A stretch of 64,000 bases of DNA from the NCBI RefSeq assembly GCF_964355755.1, contig NC_092670.1, forward strand, positions 35,886,388 through 35,950,387, in the 5' to 3' direction. The notes below the pieces were generated by a model. That model saw nothing but the letters and a program-made list of their open reading frames with translations. It ran no database searches and was not told the DNA's origin. The translations under genes were made by a program, and so were the position numbers. The DNA is from Antedon mediterranea. Lineage: Eukaryota > Animalia > Echinodermata. This document shows positions 53,141-64,000 of this stretch, one piece after another (position 1 is the first letter of the stretch; the number at the start of each line of letters is the position of its first letter).

Positions 53141-56100
53141 TTAGTCTGAACTATCAATATCATATGTATTTTGTAATAGGAAGGCCAACATTTCTGGTGT
53201 TTTCAGTTTTCTTGGTTGCTTAAATTGCGTAACCGATGCTGTGGAATTGTCTACTATGTATTTCTTAAATTCAGCAAAACCCTCTGGCTTAACTTGGCGT
53301 ACATCCATCGGGGCAATAGCAACTTTTTCCCGACACGTCTTGTAGGCAAGTGTTTGCTCACAAAGTGCAGATTCAATCTGGAAAAATAAATATTAAAATA
53401 TGCTAATCATAGCAGCAGACAGGGTCACCAGAATAGTTTTGAAAGATACAGAATAGTAACGTTTTAGACAACTTTTCCATATGTTTGAATCTGTATGCTA
53501 TTAATTTTAACAGCAGGCCAAACATTTTTCCAAATTTTCAACGCTTTTTTTTTTGCAAACCAACAGTTTAACTGTTTACCAGAAGACAGGCAAACAATAT
53601 TTATTTACATTAGTCTCGAATTAACTATCTTAGATTCTGTCAAACATTATTGTCCTAGTGATATTATTTAGGATGGCAAAGGACAATTGGACATAGTAAT
53701 TTACCGTTGATTTTTCGTCAGCTGTCAACACATATTCTCCATCTTTTCCATCGATTTCAATGAAAATTACGTAATATCCAGGTCCAGTCTGTCTTTCAGA
53801 ATCTGAAAACATACAAATCATCATATTTATTACATAATAAAGAAACGAGCCTCGTATTGGTCGATTCAATTACAAATAGCATAATATGCCTACCTGGCAA
53901 TAGTTCGCTCTCTGCAGAAGTAAAATCAACGAGTCGTTGGTTAGGCCATTTTTTAACACATTTTAAGATAGACTCATATACTGCAGATTCGTCCACTTTT
54001 TCACCACGTAAATTCAATATCTGACCACACCTAATAATTTTAAAACATTAACAACTAAAAACATGCGTTAAAAGAAAAATAACATTACACTCGGCTATTT
54101 CTAACTTCTTGAAGCAAAATCCCACCGTAAAATATCTTTAGTAATATTTATAATTAGTTTATTATTTAATTTAATTAAATTACAGTTTTAAACTATTTTT
54201 CGTCTGCAGCTAGTAGCATTTCAAAATGTTGCCAGAAAGAACTTACTGAAAACAGTACATTTACCAAACATACCAGCATTTACCCAGTCAGCTTCAGCTA
54301 TTGGCTTTCTCCAATGGTCTATTTGGCACTTTTATAATTATGATGCGCATGCCTACCTGTACTGAAACTCAATCGTTGGAGTGGCATTACAAAAATCCAC
54401 AACTTTGATGACGTCACCAAATCTGAATCTGTATAATCCACACGTGGGATTGCTTACGACCATTTCGTACTGTTCTCCAACTTTAACAGAATCACCAAAC
54501 ATGATTTCTGGATTTGGGTCTTCACTGAAAACACATACACATATTATTCAATTTTGTAATGATATTTTAAAGCAATAGTTAAATTGATATACATAACCCA
54601 TAAATTATACGCACAATATGTTTAAATTGTACACACCTTTGCTCAACGGGGATAAATTCATATATTACTGCTGAAGGCACTAAAGTGTACAAGAAAGGTG
54701 GAGTAAGTGAAAGGTTTACTCCAAACAATCCCTCGGTTCCAGCGTAAGCTGGAGATACTTCTAATAGCCCTGATAAAGATCAGAAGAAGAAACAAGTTAC
54801 ATTAAACTGAAAGAAAGTTGATTCAAGTCAACTGAAAGGAACTACAGTAAAGTCAACTGAAAGGAACATCAGGTAGGTTAACTAAAAGGAACTACAATAA
54901 AGTCAACTGAAAGGAACCAGTTAAATCAACTGAAAAGAACCAGTTAAATCAACTGATGGGAACACCAGTTAAGTTAACTGAAAGGAACACCAGTTAAGTC
55001 ACTGAAAGGAACACCAGTTAAGTCAACAAAAAGGAACACCAGTTCAGTAAGCTGAAATGAACACCAGTTAAGTCAACTGAAATGAGCTCACGGAAAGGAT
55101 CTCCAGACAAGTACACGAAATTAACTGTTAGTTTTTCAGTTACTGTATAAAGTTATTTATCTGTACATATTTTCATAAGGTCTTTTTTTTCATTTCAGGT
55201 AGACTTATGTATGTTTGTTTCATTCATAGATTACCTTTTGTATATGTCCTGCATAGTTCTTCATTGCAGGTGCCAAGATTTATACCTGAAAAGTATTGTA
55301 ACGTCGGCCAGATCCGTGTGGCAATTCCGACAAAGCCTTTTTCAAATTCTCTTCTTAAAAACTGGATTCTCTCTGGTACGTATCTGGCTTTGATCTGTTT
55401 GTTTATTTCTAGGCGGACTTCAGCGGGAATATTTAGAGTTGAACTGATACAACCGGTCTCCAGGTCATTTAACATCTGTTGCCAATGCTTCTCTAAAACT
55501 TGAAACGAGCTTAGTAGTAAAGGTGTAAATGTTGACTCGAGACATCCAATATATCGATCACATATACCAAATAGCATGTGTACATAACCCGATTCAAATT
55601 CAGTATAAATGTCGTAGCCGGCTGATGGAGTGGTGGTAACTGCAGCAAGGAATTTCTTCTGAGATTGCTCTATCATCGCAATAGGACCTACGGGTATTCC
55701 TGCTTCTTTGGGCGCGGGAGTGGATGGGCATAATATGATAAAATTACGTTGCAATGGACTCTGTAATTTAAATCGTTTGTCGGCATTCACAATATTTATT
55801 ACAAGGGAACCAAGTGTTAATTCAAGGACAGTTAATGTTTGTTGTGTATATGGTATTTTCTTACTTTTACCAGTTGTTCCCGATGTCAGGGTCAGTCTGA
55901 CAACTTTGTCTTTCGTCATGACGTTTCCTTCTCCCTTGCAAATCCGATCTATGTATGATTTGTAATGACTGTAATCTGTCAGAGGATGTTTCGCCTTAAA
56001 CTCATCAAGACTGTGGATCTCGTGGAACTTGAGGTCTTTGCCGTAAGCAGTTTTTTTGTTTTTTCTTAGAGCGTCTAAAAGTAACTTCTCCTGAGTCGTT

Positions 56101-56528
56101 CGAAATAGCTTTGTTTTTTTATCAAATGATTTCATACTTAAAAATTTAGCAAGTAATCGCAAAGTTACATTTAGTAAATATAAGATGAATATTGAAAATA
56201 AGCTATGGTGATCAGACCACAAGACAATCGACATGTGCAGGAACATGATGCCAATTACAGACAACAGCATAATAAAGAGCACTGGAAAGAAACATAACAT
56301 GAGGAAATTTCACAATACAATAGATTCAAAATTGCTAGGCTATATTCATACTAAAATGTGCTTGTATAATGTAGACTTTGATACAATAGGCCTACCTTCT
56401 AGAACAGTCAAAGCAGGTGATTCGACAGTCTGCAGGCCTACGTTGACAGCTACTCTGACAAAGCGGTATGCACAGCCAGCAAGAACCAATATACCGACGG
56501 CACCAACAAGGATCTTTAGGCCTCTCAT
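53141..56528 (-). CDS. GHDC: GH3-domain protein A (GH3/JAR1-family acyl-acid amido synthetase-like), 7 exons, 650 aa
   Basis: Exons 56528-56396, 56281-55235, 54769-54637, 54524-54357, 54030-53894, 53802-53705, 53377-53141 (1953 nt, GT-AG). Motifs HPLTDY, TSGTTGKSKKIP (I), YAGTEG (II), YEFIP, GLYRFRFGD (III), LNLRGEK, QFKQPR. The symbol denotes the family; orthology is not established. Confidence 0.93.
54805..55085. repeat. Minisatellite, ~23-25-bp unit aagtcaactgaaaggaacaccagtt, ~11 copies
   Basis: Direct inspection; located in GH3-A intron 2 and absent from the B and C copies. Confidence 0.9.
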
Positions 56529-57275
56529 TTTCGGAGCTATACAGGGTGTATGACCACAATGTATACAGTTCAATAAGAAGGAAAATTCGTACCAAGATCC
56601 AGTTAGCACTGTCGGGCTAGAGTACTACACAATTACAGATTATAATACAAATATTTAAACAATGATTGAAATCATGTGAATCGAGGCGTTAGTAGGTCTA
56701 TGCACGTGATGTGTTTGTTATACTCGACTGATTACCAGTTCCGATCTAGAATTATGTCGCACTTGATTTCCATTACAGCTAAACATAAGTTGAATACGCA
56801 ATTTAAAACTTTATTTTCATTAATCGCATATATCGATTTTATTGTGCCAACTAAACTAATCATTTAGTGGAAAATATTTAACATCTTGTATTTACGAGTC
56901 CAACCTTGTTAAACATTAATTGGTTTAGTAAATATTGAATTCAATTTAAGTAGAGTAGGCCTATATAAACTCAAATGTTCATATTTAAAAAGCTAATTTA
57001 GTTATTGATGAGCCTAAAGGCAGTAATAACTAATAACACATTAACATTTTTACAAAAGGAAAATGATGTCGTTTAAAAACACTATTGCGCAATTAATATC
57101 TTACAAGTATACCACGACGCTTTCAATATAATGGTTTGAAATTCATCATTTAGGCATGTTTTTTAATTACTTTTGCTTTTTAGAGAATTGCATCAATTTT
57201 TTAAATGGTGGTCAGGTCAAAACTAATTTAATATGCAGTTTTTTAGTAGGTACATATACTTATTAATCTGTCATT

Positions 57276-60200
57276 TCATTTGAATGTATTTTGTAATAGA
57301 AAGGCCACCATTTCTGGTGTTTTCAGTTTTCTTGGTTGCTTAAATTGCGTAACCGATGCTGTGGAATTGTTTAGTATGTACTTCTTAAATTCAGCAAAAC
57401 CATTTCGCTTAACTTGACGTACATCCATCGGGGCAATGCTGCCTTTGTCTCGGTACGACTTATAGGCAAATGCTTGATCACAAAGTGCAGAATCAATCTG
57501 GAACAGGAAGATATTTATGAATTAAAATTTACCTTATCTAAGCTGTTTAACATATTCATAGCTAGCTGTTTGATTTAACATAAAATGAAATCTGTAATGG
57601 CTTTTCCTCGGAGCCATCGAAGATTCATCATGTGCTTGTAGGCCTAGACTAAACATTTTTATTTAATTTGATTGGACTTTGAAGCAAGTTGATTTACCGT
57701 TGATTTTTCGTCAACTGTCAACACATATTCTCCATCTTTTCCTTTGATTTCTATGAAAATTACGTAATATTCAGGTCCAGCATTTCTTTCACAATCTGAA
57801 AAAAAAACACATTCAAATCATCTACTATTTTACAAGTTTAGTATATTTCTTGTTTACACGAACATACTTGTGGAAGAAAAGAACCGCTAAAATCAATACT
57901 AACACAATGTAGCCCTACATACCTGGTAAAAGGTCGCTCTCCACAGAAGTGAAATCAACAAGTTGTTGGCCAGGCCATGTGTTAACACACTTCAATATTG
58001 ACGTATATACTGTTGATTCGTCCACCTTTTCACTACGTAGGTTTAGTATCTGTCCATACCTATAAAACAGATTTGGAAAAATGCGTAAACAAAAGAAAAT
58101 TAATAAAGATGCATCTAATTCAGCAGTCACTGCAAACTATTAAAATATAAATCATCTAAACGATAAAGAAAGAGAAATGTGTGCACGAGAATGAGAAAAA
58201 GTCCCCAAACCCGGCAAAATTCGAACCAGGAACCTTCTGCATTATATGCAGATGTCCAATCCATTAGACAACTTTGGCTTTCATGGTATTGTTCAAATTC
58301 GATTGGATAGCGATTCTTTAACACCGCTGGCGTGGTACAACGGAACTGTAGTTTCCAATTGAACGCACGCACAAGATCAAATTGATACGCCCTTATTTTT
58401 CAGTATATTAATTCACGAAGCTGGATCTCCGAAGAGATACTTATACATATATAAATCAACAGGCACAGAATAAGATATAATAGTTAATTATATCTCAACC
58501 GTAAACTGTAATAGTAAATAATTATTATGATTATACAGAATACATTCTAAACCATCCGTTGATATACTGAAAATTAATTAATTAATTAATTAATTTGAAA
58601 CGATAACATTATAAGGAACTCCTTTCTCACCTGTACTGAAATTCAATCCTTGGAGTTGTATTATAGAAGTCCACAACTTTGATGACGTCACCAAATCTGA
58701 ATCTGTATAACCCACACGTTGGGTTGCTCACAACCATTTCGTACTGTTCTCCAACTTTAACAGAATCACCAAACACGACGTCTGGATTTGCGTCTCCGCT
58801 AAAAACACGTATAAATTAGGTTATGTACTCTTTTATTTGAAATGATATTGCTATTCCGTTTATTGTTGTATAATATTATTTTTTATAAATTAATTTTCAA
58901 TATAGGCCTACTTGCAAATTGCATTCGATTAGACTAAATAAACGTCTTTGGCAAAACTTATTTTTCCATCGCAATAAACCATTTTTCGCAAAATTAAATC
59001 ATGAGAAAAGGTGTACTGTAGTAGACCTGATCAGCAGTGGATTTACTGTACCATTTTTATTTTCAGTGAAAACATGTTTTGAACATGTGTTTAAATAATT
59101 TGGACATATGTCATTTGTCACTGAAAATCTATCCACTGATGTTTCCGCTTTTTCCGTTACTTTTCACATGTCAGAATTTGTGAAAAAAGAGCAGCTAATT
59201 TATTGTAGTAGAAATGGTGAACTGCGCAACATAAACATCCCACAAAAATTAGCGCCCTCAATTAATTATGATTTTCACCCAACTCTTTTACACAATTTTC
59301 CTCTATGTATTACATACCTTTGTTCAACAGGAATAAATTCGTAAAAGATTTTCGAAGGAAGTAAAGTGAACGATAAAGGAGGGGTTAGTGAACGATTTAT
59401 TCCAAACAATCCTTCAGTTCCACCGTAAGCTGAAGTTACTTGTAAAAGCCCTGAAAAGAATTTGAAAGATTATAAAGTAACTGATTTCTTTCTAAAATGA
59501 ATACTAAAAACCTCATGCTAGCTCATGGAAGTAGGCCTGACTATAGTCTCACGACAGAATGTAAATTGTCGACAACGTGAAAACAACTGTGTAGGACTAT
59601 TTGTGTTTACTATAAAGCCTTGCCTAAAAATATTTCACTTATAACATTTAGATAGGCCGTACCTTTAGCGTATGTTCTGCCTAGTTCTTTGTTGCTTGTC
59701 CCAAGATTAATACCTGTAAAGTGCTGTAACGTCGGCCAGATCCTTTTTGCGATTCCGACAAATCCTTTTTCAAATTCTCTTCTTAAAAACTGGATTCTCT
59801 GTGGTACAAATCTGGCTGTGATCTGTTTGTTTATTTCTAGGCGAACGTCATCTGGAATATTTAGAGTTGAACTGATACAACCGGTCTCCAAGTCATTCAA
59901 CATCTGTCGCCAATGCTTCTCCAAAACTTGAAACGCGCTTAGTACCAAAGGTGTAAATGATGACTCGATACTTGCGATATAACTATCACATATACCAAAT
60001 AGCATGTTTACATAACCGGATTCAAACTCTGTCAAAATACCATAGCCTGCTATTGGAGTGGTTGTAATAGCAGCGAGGAACTTCTTCTTAGATTGATCCA
60101 ACATTAAAACAGGGCCTGACGGTATTCCTGCTTCTGTCGGCCCAGGAGTCGGGGTGCAAAATATAAATAACCTGCGCTGTAATGGACTCTGTAATTTAAA

Positions 60201-60981
60201 CCTTTTGTCTTTTTTCATAAAGTATGATAGCAGGCAATTGGTCGATAACTCCATGGCAGTGAATGATTCTTTGGTATATGGTATTTTCTTACTTTTACCA
60301 GTTGTTCCCGATGTCAGGGTCAGTCTGACAACTTTATCTTTTGTCATGACGTTTTCTTCTCCCTTGCATATCCGATCTACGTATTGTCTGTAATGACTGT
60401 ATTCTGTCAGAGGATGTTTTGCCTTAAACTCATCAAGACTGTGGATCTCGTGGAACTTAAAATCTTTGCCATACGCAGTCTTTCCATTTTTCTTTAGACC
60501 GTCTAAAAGTAGCTTCTCCTGTGTCTTTCGAAAATACTTGGTTTGTTTTTCAAATGACCTCCCACTCGAGAATATAGCAAGTAATTGTGTGGTTACATTG
60601 ATTGAATATAAGATGATTATTGAAAATAGGCTATGGTGATCAGACCACAAGACAATCGACATGTGCACGAAGATGATGCCAATTACTGACAAAAGCATAA
60701 TAAAGAGCACTAAAAGAAAACAAAAACTTAAAAAACATTTTGTTCACATTATTCCTATTCAATGTGTTGATATTATGTGACATACATATGGGGTGAAATC
60801 AGTGTATATGTTGTATAACCAGTTTAGACTTTGATACAATTGGCCTACCTTCTAGAACAGCCAACACAGATGACTCGACAGGTTGCAGGCCTATGTTCAT
60901 AGCTACTCTAACAAAGCGGTATACACAGCCAGCAAGAACCAGACTACCGACTGCACCAAGAAGAATCTTTAGGCCTCTCAT
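57276..60981 (-). CDS. GHDC: GH3-domain protein B, 7 exons, 645 aa
   Basis: Exons 60981-60849, 60709-59663, 59450-59318, 58798-58631, 58059-57923, 57795-57698, 57497-57276 (1938 nt). Exons 1-6 are the same sizes as in copy A. Motifs TSGTTG, YGGTEG, GLYRFRFGD, QFKQPR. Confidence 0.93.
58208..58278 (-). mobile_element. tRNA-derived SINE head or tRNA pseudogene
   Basis: Minus strand gccaaagttgtctaatggattggacatctgca-tataa-tgcagaaggttcctggttcgaat has A and B boxes and an anticodon-like stem, with a broken T/acceptor stem. Confidence 0.55.
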
Positions 60982-61634
60982 TGTTCGTAACTTGCTATGA
61001 TGCAGGACTAACATATAGGCTACAGTGCAATATGAGTACAGCTGAAGTGGGCGAACCCCAAACTATTTGTGCAAACGTCCTTATTTAAGCACTGCCAGGC
61101 TGATATTGCAATACAAATGTTTAAACAGTGATTGAAAGCATGAACAATGTGAACTCGATAGATATTTGTAGGTCTATACACGTAGTGTGTTTGCTATATT
61201 ACCAGTGATTACCAGTTCCGATCTAGAATTATGTCGCACTTGTTTTCCATTACCGCTAAACATAAATGTCATACGCAATTTAAAAGTTATTTTCAATACA
61301 TTGATTTCATTGTGCCAAAAAAAATAAATCAATTCAATTTAAGTATAAAAACTCAAATGTTTATTTTTTTAAAGCAAATTTAGCTATTGAGCCTGAAGGC
61401 CGTAATAACTAACAATACATACATTTTGCAATGAGAAAATGACACCATTGCGCAATTAATATCTGAGTGTACCACGACACTTTAAAGATAATGATTTAAA
61501 AATCCATATTTTTTTATGTTTAAAATTACTTTTCCTTCCTGAGAGAATTAGGTCTGTTTTTTCAGTGGTGGTCATGTCAAGCTAATTTAATATTCAGTTC
61601 TTTAGTAGGTACATAGACTTATTAATCTGTCAAT

Positions 61635-64000
61635 TCACTCGAATGTATGTTGTAATAGGAAGGCCACCATTTCTGTTGTTTTCAGTTTTCTTGGTTGCTT
61701 AAATTGCGTTACCGATGCTGTGGAATTGTCTAGTATGTACTTCTTAAATTCAGCAAAACCATTTGGCTTAACTTGACGTACATCCATCGGGGCAATACTG
61801 CCTTTGTCCCGGTACGACTTATAGGCAAATGCTTGATCACAAAGTGCAGAATCAATCTGGAATAGAAAGAGATTTAGTAATGAAAATTTAAATTATCTAA
61901 ACTGTTTAAAATATTCATAGATAGCTGTTTGGTTCATTGAAGTTAACAAATACATGTGTATTAATTTGATTTGATTGACTTTGAACCAGATTATACTTAA
62001 CGATTTACCGTTGATTTTTCGTCGGCTGTCAACACATATTCTCCATCTTTTCCTTTGATTTCAATGAAAATTACGTAATATCCAGGTTCAGCATTTCTTT
62101 CACCATCTGAAATAAAAACATAAAAATCTACTATTTACAATTTTAGCATATTCCTTGTTTACAAGCATAATTTGTGGAAAGAATGGAACCTAAAAATTAC
62201 CACCAACGCATTAGGCCTAGAGTACGAACCTGGTAGAAGGTCACTCTCCGCGGAAGTGAAATCAACGAGCCGTTGGCTAGGCCATTTTTTTACGCATTTT
62301 AATATTGACGTGTATACTGCTGATTCGTCCACTTTTTCACTACGTAGGTTTAATATTTGACCATACCTATAAAACAAAACCGGAAACATGCGTAAAGAAT
62401 AAAATACTGATGCAGCATCTGTTGAAAAACACGTTAAAGATGGGCTGTGCAAATATTCCTATGGTACCTCACAAATAGATCGGTAGTATGTAGAGATACA
62501 GCACTGGGAATTGGGTGAAATTGTCTGTTGCACTTTTCAATGTATTCAAAGTTTAGGTATTAAGTATTTTCTCCAATTTTTCAAAGTTTATGTTTTCTTC
62601 AATTTTTCAAAATTTATTTTGACGTGTTGTGAACTCATTCTCTTACCTGTACTGAAATTCAATCATTGGAGTTGTGTTATAGAAGTCCACAACTTTTATG
62701 ACGTCACCAAATCTAAATCTGTATAACCCACATGTCGGGTTGCTTACCACCATTTCGTACTGTTCTCCAACTTTAACAGAATCCCCAAAAATGATTTTTG
62801 GGTTTGCGTCTCCGCTAAAAACAAAACATACTGTTTACTCTTTTGTTTGAGAAGGGAATTGTACAGTCCCTTTTAACTTTATATGATAATATTGTATTTG
62901 TTTTAATTAATTAATGGAAATTAAAACATAATTCTAAAGTGTATTCGATTAGATCGATTTGAAGAAATAAGAGATATAATATCGTTTATAACAGTGTTTT
63001 TTAATAGCAAGGCACCACTTTTGCAAAATGATCATTCAAATCAATCATTCGCCAGTATATTTACCAGAGGAATTATTGTACCTTATAAAAAATTTAGTTT
63101 CAGTAAAAGCATGGGTTGTAGATTTGTAGTATGATCTACAAAAGGCAACTTTTGACATGTTATTTGTCACTGGAAGTCAATCTACTGATTGTGCTTGTTT
63201 ATCGTTGCTTTGCTCAGAATGTCGAGATACTAAAGCAAGCTTTAAAAAAAAAAGCTAGAAGTAATAGAGCGATCTGAAGAACCTCACAACAGAGGCATTA
63301 AGGAAACGTAATGTTTACAAATACACAAATTAGCCCCTCCAAGGGTGTATTAAGATTTCAAAACAAGCTCGACCGAAGACGTCGCATGTTCTCCATTTTC
63401 TTTATTAGGAATACATACCTTTGTTCTACAGGAATGAATTCATAAATGAGTGCTGCAGGAACTAGAGTGTACCACAAAGGAGGAGTTAGTGAACGATTTA
63501 CTCCAAACAATCCTTCAGTGCCACCGTAAGCTGAGGTTACTTGTAAAAGCCCTGAACAGGATTAGAAAAAAAAAACAATTATTAGGTTTTTATTTCATAG
63601 GCTATGAAGTAACTGATTTCTTTCGAAAATGAATACTTTTTGGTGTTCAAAACCTCATGCCAGCTAATGGAAGTAGGCCTGACTATAGTCTCACGACAGA
63701 ACTCCTGTAGATTGTCGACTACGTGAACGGAAAACAACTGTGTTGGACTATATGTTCACTATAAAGTCTTGTCTAAAAATAGTTCATTTATAACATTTAG
63801 ACAGGCCGTACCTTTAGCGTATGTTCTGCCAAGTTCCTCGTTGCTTGTCCCAAGATTAATACCTGTAAAGTGTTTTAACGTCGGCCAGATTCTTTTTGCG
63901 ATTCCGACAAATCCTTTTTCAAATTCTCTTCTTAAAAACTGGATTCTCTGTGGTACAAATCTGGCTGTGATCTGTTTGTTTATTTCTAGGCGGACGTCAT
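61635..64000 (-). CDS. GHDC: GH3-domain protein C, 3' part (5' end beyond window)
   Basis: Exons >64000-63812, 63551-63419, 62814-62647, 62366-62230, 62106-62009, 61856-61635; same sizes and motifs as copy B. Confidence 0.92.

Noticed and set aside
54805-55085. CRISPR-like or coding repeat
   Set aside because: Degenerate head-to-tail minisatellite within an intron.
55224-56300. Bacterial contamination or recent horizontal transfer of GH3
   Set aside because: The genes have six spliceosomal introns with conserved positions, and animals have native GH3-domain genes.
56346-56609. Separate small membrane-protein gene upstream of each GH3 (also 60799-61014)
   Set aside because: It splices in frame (GAA G|gtaggc...ag|TG CTC) to the GH3 exon, so it is exon 1.
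58208-58278. Functional tRNA gene (also 33311, 36275, 2965)
   Set aside because: Acceptor and T stems do not pair and the anticodon loops are the wrong size; treated as SINE-derived.
1017-60393. Numerous plus-strand ORFs overlapping exons (e.g. 1017, 18889, 55207, 59689)
   Set aside because: Antisense shadows of the real minus-strand exons; their mutual similarity simply reflects paralogy.

Overview
AT-rich, intron-containing animal DNA. It is probably from a marine invertebrate; an echinoderm-like genome is only my inference. All eight protein-coding genes lie head-to-tail on the minus strand, in two adjacent tandem arrays. The first is five lipoxygenases (PLAT plus catalytic domain; four complete models of 663-674 aa and one running off the left edge). 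The second, starting 2.4 kb away, is three GH3-family acyl-acid amido synthetase-like genes (GHDC-like; two complete, one cut by the right edge). I rebuilt the exon structures by hand from splice signals, and every complete model keeps frame. The main hypothesis is an animal oxylipin biosynthetic gene cluster: LOX oxygenation followed by GH3 amino-acid conjugation, paralleling plant LOX...JAR1 logic. Supporting details are MGxxxS N-myristoylation starts on all five LOXs, multi-pass membrane anchors on the GH3s, a Gly/Ala stereospecificity switch between the two closest LOX paralogs, and GH3 divergence concentrated in the acyl pocket. Introns and spacers hold many non-autonomous DNA transposons (including a three-level nest), LINE and SINE fragments, a solo LTR and tandem repeats.
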